DNA from: Catajapyx aquilonaris
Lineage: Eukaryota
Length of the DNA: 45,161 nucleotides
Reading direction: 5' to 3'
Assembly: GCA_000934665.2 (NCBI GenBank)
Contig: JYFJ02003193.1
Coordinates: 1-45,161, forward strand
Numbering within the stretch: position 1 is the first letter of the stretch; every line of letters starts with the position of its first letter. Under the pieces are notes generated by a model, which worked only from the letters and a program-made list of their open reading frames with translations, was not told the origin of the DNA and ran no database searches. The translations under genes and the position numbers were made by a program. Below are positions 10,708 through 19,765 of this stretch, piece by piece.

Positions 10708-11261
10708 GGTTTTAGAATAGTAAGGTCTGGTTGCTCCCCTCTTATCGCCTTAGGGGGCTGACGGGGTGGTTTGCGGCAGGTTGCCGTGTGATAGCGCTTT
10801 TCAGAAAACTTATCTTCTACCTAAGTTCAGAGCAGTCCGGCAGGGTCGCCACATGTCTGTGAAACCCTGAAAAGCGCTACCATGGCCACCTGCCGCAAAC
10901 CACCCCGTCAGCCCCCTAAGGTGATGAGAGGGGAGTGACCAGACCTTACTTCTTTTTTTTCTTCTTTTTTAAATTTACCCTGTGATAGGGCGGAGCCCTT
11001 TTAGGGGGGGAGGGGAGGTTCCCGAGGGAGGGCACTGTAATTATAGCCATTTCTGACTTTCTGAAATACACCAGACCTTTTCTCCTGGCCCTGGGCAGAG
11101 TAGGGAGTGCAATTCTGCCCCGGGATGTCGGGTGAAAAGTGGAAAAAGACCCAGCCAAGCAGAGGTGACAGGATTTGAACCCTGACCTCCCGCTTGGCTG
11201 GCCAGTGGCGTAACCACCAGACCACCATGCCTCCCTATCCAGACCTTACTATTCTAAGACC
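10708..11261. mobile_element. Palindromic MITE (same family as 2826-3172) with a SINE inserted in its right TIR
   Basis: GGTTTTAGAATAGTAAGGTCTGG at left and CCAGACCTTACTATTCTAAGACC at right once the SINE is removed. Arms 10721-10803 and 10867-10948 are inverted. Confidence 0.85.
10951..11238 (-). mobile_element. tRNA-derived SINE, family D
   Basis: Head GGGAGGCATGGTGGTCTGGTGGTTA...GGTTCAAATCC, A-rich tail, 12-bp TSD CCAGACCTTACT (10939-10950, 11239-11250). Confidence 0.9.
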
Positions 11262-11300
11262 TTGGTCTTGATCAAGGTGACTTTTCCATACATTTTGCAG

Positions 11301-11496
11301 TTTCAAGAGGAACGAATGGCAGGAGCTGCTCTAGCTTTGCGTCCTTTGGAGCGGTGCATTAAAGAAACTGTTGAATATACAAGTCAGCGCAAAGCATTCG
11401 GAGCTCCCATCTTGAGCAACCAGTATGTCCATTTTCGATTAGCAGAACTTCTCACTGAAGTGGAAGCATTTCGCTCACTGACATACAGAACTGTGG
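11301..11496 (+). CDS. Acyl-CoA dehydrogenase, internal exon C
   Basis: ttgcag|TTT...GTGG|gtaag. Translates FQEERMAGAALALRPLERCIKETVEYTSQRKAFGAPILSNQYVHFRLAELLTEVEAFRSLTYRTV (Y..QRKAFG...Q...RLA motif). Confidence 0.95.
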
Positions 11497-11981
11497 GTAA
11501 GTACTGAAGGACTTGTACAAGGTGGTGCAAAACATGCACACTTCCTCTTACACCATAGTTCCATGTTAATCTCAGCTCCATTACAGAAATAATTACCATA
11601 TTTGACGGCATATAAGACACACTCCCCCCTACCCCCCACCCCAAATAGCTTAAAAAATCACCCTCCATCTTATGTGAGAAAATACAATATGAACTTTTTT
11701 TCATGAATACAATCTGCTGAAATGGGGGTGCATCTTCTATGTCATCAAATACTCTACATGCCAATTCTCATGATGATGCTCATATGCATGCAAGAGAATA
11801 TCCTGCAACAGGCAGTAGTGTAAAGCAGCAGCATTGCATATGCAATGGTCATTTGGTATGATTTTTGCTGACACTATGTCAAAAACAAAACAATGATGTG
11901 GGAGAAATTTTTCTCTCAGATTGATTCTGACCAACCAGGGCTGCCACTGTCACTATTTGCTACTATTTTTTCAGGGGTTAC

Positions 11982-12299
11982 TTTTGTTTGTTTGTTTGTT
12001 TACCCCATTAGAGGGAACGAAGCCCTTTTAGGCGGGTGGATTACCACCATCAGGATTTATTTTCTGTTTTTCTTCAGTCATGCAAGGACATTTATAGGAT
12101 GTAGGGTAAGGATGGGGGGAGTTGGGAGGGGACACAGGTGCAAGTGCAATGTCTGCAAAGGGTCATGTGCAGTCCCCCAGGAGGACGGTTGGCAAGACGC
12201 CTCCTTAGGCACAGGCCAGAGACCCACTGACGCAGGCAAAAGGTATAACTCCCGGGCGGGGATTAGAACCCGGGACCTTTAGCCCACCAAGCCGAGACG
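11982..12299 (-). mobile_element. Diverged family-B SINE lacking its extreme 5' end
   Basis: Homology to 3391-3779 (ggtgcaagtgcaatgtct...gggtcatgtgc...gacgcagg), (CAAA)n tail, B box GGTTCTAATCC. Confidence 0.8.
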
Positions 12300-12392
12300 G
12301 GGGGGTTGAGTTGCACGGCGGATGTATCAGCCTGCCTAGGGTCCGCGGAAAAAATGGTTCAGGTGTTATTCGGTTACTAACAACAGTTCAAT

Positions 12393-13005
12393 ATGCCTTC
12401 CAAGATTAGACAAATGCGTAAATGTAAGTCTCAACACCATAGAAAGGTTAGAAACAGTGCCGCGGCTGCTATAAGTGACGTTCAAGATGTCATCAGTGAC
12501 CCTTCAGTGCCCTCGGAAAGTACGGCAACAAGACAGACTCTCCTACAAGAAGCCTTTCTCCGCACCATCATCAGGCCGCGAATCACCATTGCGAGGTCTG
12601 TGACCGATTGATGTACAAGAAGAGTTACAGGAGAATCGCAGTTACAGGTGCAATGCTGAAAATCATGGGAGATGTGGCAAACGACTACCCCGATGACGTT
12701 AAGGCATACCTAATTCCAAGGGTTGGCCAACTCATTGGGGTGTGTCAGCGGTGCCATAAGAACATTAGGTGCAAAATCCTCACATTCTGCCAACTGCTTT
12801 GGTGAACAAAATGTACGTCCCCTACACTCCTGACGTGATTGACCAGCTGTCCGCGGTCGAAGTGAGACTCAGCATCAGTCGTGTCAAGCCGTTCCTCAAG
12901 ATATTCAATTTAAACAAGAGCAGAGGTCACTTCAGGATCAGGGGAAGTGTCGTTCATTTCGCCCAGAATATTGAATTTATTATGATGATGAAAAGAATTA
13001 AATAA
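12393..13005 (+). pseudogene. Frameshifted Helitron/Helentron RepHel N-terminal relic (CxxC...CxxC plus DUF6570-like)
   Basis: Joining three frames gives AFLRTIIRP/NHHCEVCDRLMYKK...CQRCHKNI/...LPTALVNKMYVPYTPDVIDQLSAVEVRLSISRVKPFLKIFNL...GHFRIRGSVVHFAQN. This pattern is typical of the region upstream of Helitron Rep domains. Confidence 0.75.
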
Positions 13006-13010
13006 AGATA

Positions 13011-13351
13011 GGCAGTAAAACTGCCGAAAACTGTTCTTCCTCTGGGTGAGATTAAAAGTAAGAAACAAGTCCATAGGTGGGGGTTGGTTCGTGTCATGGG
13101 GATGGGTGATAATTAAATTTAATTCAAAACATTCGTGCTTTGGTGCTGGGAAGAATTAGGCAGATATCGCTTTTATGTACACCTCCGACTCTCATACTCT
13201 GCCTAATTCTTCCCAGCCCCAAAGCACGAATGTTTTGAATTAAATTTAATTATCACCCATCCCCATGACACGAACCAACCCCCACCTATGGACTTGTTTC
13301 TTACTTTTAATCTCACCCAGAGGAAGAATAGTTTTCAGCAGATTTACTGCC
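13011..13351. mobile_element. Foldback MITE with 154-bp arms, TA-flanked
   Basis: TA|GGCAGTAAA...TTTACTGCC|TA. Arms 13011-13164 and 13198-13351 are near-perfect inverted repeats with a 33-nt spacer. Confidence 0.92.
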
Positions 13352-13355
13352 TATT

Positions 13356-13865
13356 TTTTCATGTCATACCAAGAGCTAATTGTCATACGCATTTGTTGTA
13401 TGTGACATTTTCATGTCATAGGGGGAAGTGTAGATGGCCGAGATGGTAACGTCTCGGCTTGCTGAGTGAAAGGCCCCAGGTTCGATCCCCGCCTGGGGAA
13501 CTTTCCTTTCACCTGCGTCAGGAGGGTCTCTGACCTGCACCAAGGAGGTGTCTGGCAACCTAACCTCCTGGGGAACAGCACATGACCCGTAGCTACGACA
13601 TTGCACCTTGCACCCATGTTCCCTCCCCAAAAATCCCTATCCTTTCCCATTGTCCCTGTTTCCTTGCACCGGTGAATGAAGCAGAAAATATATACAGAAA
13701 ACTGATGGTGGTATGCCACCCCCCTATAGCACCCATAAGGGTCATCACCGGGTAAACTAAATAAAATAAATAAATAAATAAATAAATTTTCATGTCATAC
13801 CAAGAGCTAATGGTCATATGCATTTGTTGTATGTCACATTTTGTGTCATACGCATATTTGTATGT
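13356..13865 (+). repeat. About 52-bp tandem repeat interrupted by a SINE
   Basis: Unit ttttcatgtcataccaagagctaatKgtcataYgcatttgttgtatgtSaca at 13356 and 13787, plus a degenerate partial unit. Confidence 0.8.
13421..13785 (+). mobile_element. tRNA-derived SINE, family B
   Basis: A and B boxes (TGGCCGAGATGG, GGTTCGATCC), (TAAA)n tail, 14-bp TSD ATTTTCATGTCATA (13407-13420, 13786-13799). Confidence 0.93.
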
Positions 13866-14020
13866 TACAATATGTCATATTGTCAGTTCACTTTCTTAAG
13901 AACCTTTCGCAATCGTCCTGGGGGTGGTGATGGATGGGTAGTCAGGAGGGATTTGGACGGGAAGGGAGGAAAAACCGGACCTATAATACTCGAGGATTAT
14001 GGGTCCGGTTTTTCCTCCCT

Positions 14021-14157
14021 GAGAAAACCCATGCGAACACGGAGAGAACCCATTGAAACTCTATCCACATAAGTATCCTCTGTCAGATCCGGGGATCGAA
14101 CTTGGGACCTCAGAGGTGGCAGGTTGAGGCACTAACCACTACGCCACCATGTCGCCC
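14021..14157 (-). mobile_element. Family-A SINE, 5' part
   Basis: High similarity to 5120-5256 (gagaaaaccca...ggggatcgaac...tgtcgccc). Confidence 0.88.
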
Positions 14158-14211
14158 TGTGTTTATTGCCTTTTCTGAAGCATAAAATATAGTACTATTA
14201 AAATAAACTCT

Positions 14212-14390
14212 AAGGGGAGTTCACAAAATGACCAATATATGACGTTGCGCTTGCACTTTGCACATCCCCTCCTACTTACCCTTGGAACAATTAAAACATA
14301 CACATTATGTACGGTTCCAAACATGGTGGTATTCCACTCCCCTAACAAGGGCCCAGGGCCCGGTAATGGGGTACAGTAAAAAAAAAAAAA
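14212..14390 (+). mobile_element. 5'-truncated SINE (family C-like body, family B-like 3' end)
   Basis: ggggagttcacaaaatgacc and ttgcacatcccctcct match family C. GGTGGTATTCCAC...GGGGTA+polyA matches the family B end. Imperfect TSD aaactc(t)taagg. Confidence 0.7.
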
Positions 14391-14565
14391 ACTCTTAAGG
14401 CATGGAGATTATTTCAGGTGCATATTTCCATTGGTATCACTATTATGCATATGATATTGTAACTGTAAGCATTTATTGTAAAGGCTTCCTATATAAAGAA
14501 AACTAATTTGCTTGTTGGAAGTGTAATGTTTAAAGAGCTAAAATTTTCTTTTATTTCTAACCTAG

Positions 14566-14810
14566 ACTTGTACAATGGAGGACAAGACATGACGCTGATG
14601 GCTTCTATGTGCAAGTTGAAAGCAGGGCGATTGGTTCGAGAAGTTACTGACAGCTGTCTTCAGTTTTGGGGTGGCATGGGATACACAAATGAGGTGTTAG
14701 TAAGTCGTTTATATCGAGACATGCGACTCATGTCCATTGGAGGTGGGGCAGATGAAGTGATGCTCTCTATTATCTGCAAATTGACAGGCATGTTGCCTAA
14801 GAAGAAGTAA
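14566..14810 (+). CDS. Acyl-CoA dehydrogenase, terminal coding exon
   Basis: cctag|AC. Translates DLYNGGQDMTLMASMCKLKAGRLVREVTDSCLQFWGGMGYTNEVLVSRLYRDMRLMSIGGGADEVMLSIICKLTGMLPKKK* (Q..GG.GY and YRD.R...I.GG motifs). Confidence 0.95.
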
Positions 14811-15039
14811 GATGTGATGGGATCTTCTTTGGGATTGGTTATATCATTTCATATTGGGTGGGTTTAAAGGGAGATTCTCCGTTTCTGCATGTCAGAAACT
14901 GATGTGCCATATCTAACGTGCAGTTGGTCAACTGGTGTCAGTGTACTGACAGCACTGCATGAATTTTACTTTGCTGTGGAGAAGTGGTGCAGTTTGAAGG
15001 GTTAGCCACGCCTCTTTCAAGTGTGTACCTGTATATGAT

Positions 15040-15045
15040 AATAAA
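15040..15045 (+). promoter_or_regulatory. Probable polyadenylation signal of the ACAD gene
   Basis: First AATAAA, about 230 nt after the stop codon, followed by T-rich sequence. Confidence 0.6.
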
Positions 15046-15848
15046 GATTACTTTTAATGACAATTAATTACTTTCTATAAGGATGCCTTGGGACCTACTT
15101 GTGATTGTGTGATTACACAACAAACTGCACACTTGATTATACAAATTGCCAAATCCGCAGTGCAAAGAGAGATTATGTTGTTAGTATGTCAGACACAGTT
15201 GCATATTGAGTGTACTGTACAAGCAATGCAACGCATGTGTTTCACTGCAATAAATGAGGTGATCCAGGGACTTGCGGGCATATTGCATCTGGTGTTGAAG
15301 ACTGTAAAGTGTCTCCAATCATTTTTTGAATTGTTATTTTTGTAAGGGCTCGTAACAACTGAAAAATTAGAATTGCAGCTCTCTACGTAGCCTACTACAA
15401 ATTACATGTCCAGTCGCACCAGTGTCTACATATTATTTCTGTTCATTGCATAAGCTTGCAACTTACAAGGGCAAATCAATAAGTAACGGACAATACATTT
15501 TTTTCGAGGCTAGTTTAATGTCGATAACAAGTGTTATGTAGGTGACAGCAAAGGACAATCTTTGGCTAATTTTCAACATATGAACCGTTTCTGTTGATGC
15601 ATTTGTCCCACTGATAAAAAACAGAGTACTGGGGCATCTTTAATAATGTGCCACAGTGATTCGAGATGCCACAGAACTCAGTTTTGTTTGTTTGTTTGTT
15701 TTAAGACCCAATGAATTTTTTCAAGGGAGCAAAGAGATTAAGTCGCTCGGTGCAAGATCAGGCCTGTACACATGGTCGGCATTAAGGAAAAAGGCCGAAT
15801 AGACCATTTTAAAATTTTTACAGGAGATCCCAAAGTAAGTTGAAAGTA

Positions 15849-16713
15849 CAAGGGCCAGTCAAAAGAAATTGAGGCTGATTTTTTAATGTGACAATGAGAA
15901 CTAATTCATGACTCATGGTGAATGGCATCGTGTCCAGAGTGGATTGAAGTATTATAACACCAATTTTTGTTCGAATATTCCATGATCCCAAGCGACAGTG
16001 ACACCGGAAGTAGAGTTAGGTTCACATTTGCCTCCGCTCTGCAAGGGGGTTGGTGGTGAGGACCAAAATTCATCGTTGAGGTATTGCTTCAGTTTGAAGA
16101 AAACAGTGACGGAGGTGTATGACATGCTAAGATTGTGAACAACAGATGCTGGTCACCATGTTAGGCCACAAGAAGTTGCAACTCTTTGCAAGCCTCCACC
16201 CACATGTGTCTCTCCTGTGGTGTCAACTACTTGGGAACCCATCGAATCGGATGCAAATGCATCGCATGTGGAAATGGTCAATCAAAAATCATGTGGGCAC
16301 TACCACTGGACATATCAATCATTCTGGCAAGGTCATCGACGGTTATGCTGTGATCTTTCCCGACAATCACTGCATAGGTGGTGTTAATGATCTCTGTAAG
16401 AACTCTGATGGTTATCTGCAGACCTGTCTCTTTGAAAGGCGACCACGGACCCTTGCTGAATGCCTTGTACCATTGGAATGCTGTGGGACACAGCTTTACC
16501 ATAATTATCTTAGCATATCATATGCCTCCGTCGCTGTTGTATTCAAACAGAAGCAAAACTGCTGACCTCCTGGTAGAGCCGAGGCGAATATGAACCTAAC
16601 TCTACTTCCGGTGTCACCATCGCCTGGAATCGTGGAATATTCGAACAAGAATTGGTGTTCCAATGCTTCAGTCCATTCTGGACATGATGCCATCCACTGC
16701 AAGTCATGAATTA
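15849..16713 (-). mobile_element. Degenerate mariner element with a transposase N-terminal relic
   Basis: Minus-strand frames give FCFCLNTTATEAYDML...FQWYKAF...TVDDLARMIDMSSGSAHMI...RWVPK*LT (mariner HTH and WVPHEL motif). 15901-16131 and 16509-16713 are inverted homologs. TA|CAAGGG terminus at 15849. Confidence 0.85.
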
Positions 16714-16737
16714 TTAAGGGATCCATAGAACTTAATA

Positions 16738-16979
16738 TAGGGTGTTTCACTAGGTAGTCTCCCCAAAGAATCGTTCATATTTTTCTTCCTACTCTACCTA
16801 GAAATGTGACGTTTGGTTTAAAAGTTACCTTAGTTCATGGGAATGTAGCACCATTCACAATAAATGCTGGGAAAACGCGACACTCCTTATTACTGATGAT
16901 CCTCCGCAGCATATCCTCATAAATGGTCCGGATTGCTGCGCATATGTTGCTTTCCTAGTCATCTAACGTCGAGGCTCAT

Positions 16980-17041
<62 letters not shown>

Positions 17042-17824
17042 TGTGGGTAGGGCTTCTGACCCCTAATGTATACAAGCACTTTGACCTTTCTTTATTTTTT
17101 ATTGATCGGCGTTACATTTTGGTGCCTATTCATTTGAATCTCCTGGGCCCACGAGCAGGATGACAGGAGGGGATGTGCAATGTGCAGTGCCAAGTTTTCA
17201 AGATGGAACATAATTTGGGAACTCCCCCGGGTGGAATATTTCCACCCGAGACGAAGCCAGAGGCGACCCAACTCTGCCCGAGATGAAGAGGGTGTACCCG
17301 GGCTGGGATCGAACCTGGGATCTTAACATCCGTGGGCGCATACGTTACCGCAGCACCACTTCACCTCCTTATGTAGAGGCTCATTGTTGTGTATGCACAA
17401 CTCTTCAAATATCCCCATTCGCGGCTCTTTTGACATGTGGAAACAGCCAAACAGGATACCCAGTTTCTTGTGACAGAATAGTAGTGACTTCTGTGGTCAT
17501 GCCAGCAGCCCGTGCTTCACTTTTTCAATTTTTTTTTCTTCCTCTAAAGGAGGTCATCTACCACTGTATTGGTTCAAAACACTTAGTGCAGCAATCCTGA
17601 CTATTAATGTCGATATGCTGTGGAGGGCCTTCATAATAAGGAGCATCGAGTCACGTTTGAGTGCATGTGGTGGTTGTTGAAGGTCAATCCCAGCATTTAT
17701 TGTGAATGGTTCTACATTCCCATGAACTAAGGTAAGTTGTAATGCAAACACCATGTTTGTAGGTAGAGTATAGGAAGAAAGATATAGTCGATTCTTTGGT
17801 GGGACTACCTAGTGAAACACCCTG
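16738..17824. mobile_element. Tc1/mariner-derived non-autonomous element with long TIRs
   Basis: AGGGTGTTTCACTAGGTAGTC...GACTACCTAGTGAAACACCCTG with inverted arms over 130 bp. Relic peptides WGYLKS and NICAAIRTIYEDMLRR on the minus strand. Confidence 0.85.
16982..17368 (-). mobile_element. tRNA-derived SINE, family C, nested in the Tc1/mariner element
   Basis: Homology to 10290-10526, (ATT)n tail, GAGGCTCATT duplicated at 16971-16980 and 17376-17385. Confidence 0.88.
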
Positions 17825-18382
17825 CATTAGCAACTAATATTTTGATAACCATTAAAAGTAACTTCAAAAGTAACTGCTTTAAATTGGCAGCTTAGTCCCA
17901 AAACATCAGTGCCCAGTATGGGCATTTCAACTGGAACACCCTGTATTTGCTAATGAATGGAGACTGCTCTTGGCAGCTCCAGAATTTTCTGGGGAAGCCT
18001 GAAGAAAGGTCCTGCATCTATCTGAATTGGTTTGCCCTGACTCTGAATTTTTGGGACTATCATTCCTCATTTTATTCACATTGGCGGCACATGAACAAAT
18101 GTGTCAGGTGTGAATTAATATACTCTTACACTGTGTAACCTATATGCAATACTTCCAATGTTTATAACTTTTTGTAATAAAGAATGGCCTTTATACTTTA
18201 TTGTCAGGGTTTCATTGAGGAGGAAACATAATATCGATCAATTGATCTGATTGAAAAGATTTCAGTGCAGCTGAAAATAATATATCTGTAGTGACAATGT
18301 GGGGTGTAGTGGCTGGTAGAGGGACAGCAACACAGGACAGTCTAAGCAGCCATTAGGCTGGGTTGCACCTGCTGCTGGAAAA

Positions 18383-18481
18383 GTCTGGCCGAAGAAGGGC
18401 CCGGTTAGTTTGTTATTCGTTGTTGGCAATAATTCTGTCAACAATGAATAAAAAACTAACTGGGCTCTTCTTCGGCCAGAC
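18383..18481. repeat. About 99-nt imperfect hairpin
   Basis: gtctggccgaagaagggcccggttagtt... pairs with ...aactaactgggctcttcttcggccagac. Confidence 0.85.
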
Positions 18482-19006
18482 AAATTTTCCGAGGTGTGGT
18501 TCCGGAGTGGGTTCCAGCACTACACCAGTTGGTCTTTACCATACTTCTCCCCAACTTTCTTCCGCAGAGCCAGCAAACAAGCAATATTATTTGATCAGGA
18601 TTAGCCGTGCTTGCAGGCTAATGGTCTGAGTCTGGACATGAGAGGTAAATTATTACCTACCGATATAACTTGTTTTCTTCAGTTTTCTTCTAATTGCTGA
18701 CGTGAGGGCTGTGAATAAATAAGTGGGAACAAGTGTACAAAGTGTAAACCAGATTACTTAACTGGGTCTGCCCAGTTACATTCCTTCAACTTCATCTCCT
18801 GCAATTTTCTGCACCTTTTTCCAAACATGTGGGGTTGCTGGATTCAATCAGAAGAGTGCTAGTTGCCCCATGGGGTAGTTACCTCCTGTATTTAGAGGGT
18901 AGATCTATAAATATTGATTTCCAGTGTGGTAAAATGTGTAAGTGGAATAATTCCTAATTCCTTTCAAAATTATTTTGCAACAGTAGGCTACATTCGCTCA
19001 TGTAAA

Positions 19007-19207
19007 CAGGGTGGTCCACTTACCTAGTTCAAAATGGTGATATGTGACAAAGATAGGGATTGTTTATCCTAGCAACCAGTTTAAAGACAAGTGATGAGTT
19101 CCTGATCGTTGCTTTTCTTCATATGGGTTACTGCAGGAAACAAGCTAACTTACAACGTTTTCTCCATCCTCTGCAAAAACTGGGGACTTGGGCAGTGCAC
19201 CACCCTG
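19007..19207. mobile_element. Small CAGGGTG-terminal MITE
   Basis: CAGGGTGGTCCACT and AGTGCACCACCCTG|TA form a 13/14 inverted match. Confidence 0.55.
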
Positions 19208-19223
19208 TATAATGAGACAAATA

Positions 19224-19765
19224 CAGGGTCATCGAAAAAGAATGTCCTATTTTAAAAACCCTATAACTTGCAAACTTGCAGACATATCTTAATGATTTAA
19301 GTTTCGAAATATACTAAGAAAGGTCAAAGGTTTTGGTATCACCTTAGTTTGTTTCGATATGAACTTCATTTGTCGCTCGGCAGATAAAATACGCGGTAAT
19401 CGGTCTCGTGCCAAACCCGCTTAATCATCATATATGGAGTTACCGTTGCAATCCTATCCCGTAGTCCGTAGATCCTGAATATGACGGGTATTTACACCAC
19501 ACACATTGTTCTTGATGATGCACATAAAAAGTCCACGAAATCCATGAAACAAACCTGCCGTAGGAAAGTTTCATTTGTTCAGCCTCCCAGTTTGCGAAGT
19601 CTTGAATGAGAAGTTTCCCAGTGCCTACCTCCCCCCCCCCCCNTGGTAAGACGAAAACTTTAAGATACATTTCTTAACATTTCACAACTTAAATCATTAA
19701 GATATCTCTGCAAGTTTTCGAGTTCTAGGATTTTAAATGTGGGACATTCTTTTTCGATGACCCTG
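19224..19765 (-). mobile_element. Tc1/mariner deletion derivative (spans an N gap)
   Basis: TA|CAGGGTCATCGAAAAAGAATGTCC...GGACATTCTTTTTCGATGACCCTG|TA with about 80-bp TIRs. Minus-strand relic LRDRIATVTP...RVWHETDYR...CRATNEVHIE resembles a transposase C-terminus. Confidence 0.88.

Noticed and set aside
13356..13865. Repeat-spacer-repeat layout resembling a CRISPR array
   Set aside because: Only two full units, separated by a SINE with a TSD, in eukaryotic context with no cas genes.
14934..14950. CAGTGT in the 3' UTR as a possible iron-responsive element
   Set aside because: The flanks do not form the required 5-bp upper stem with a bulged C.
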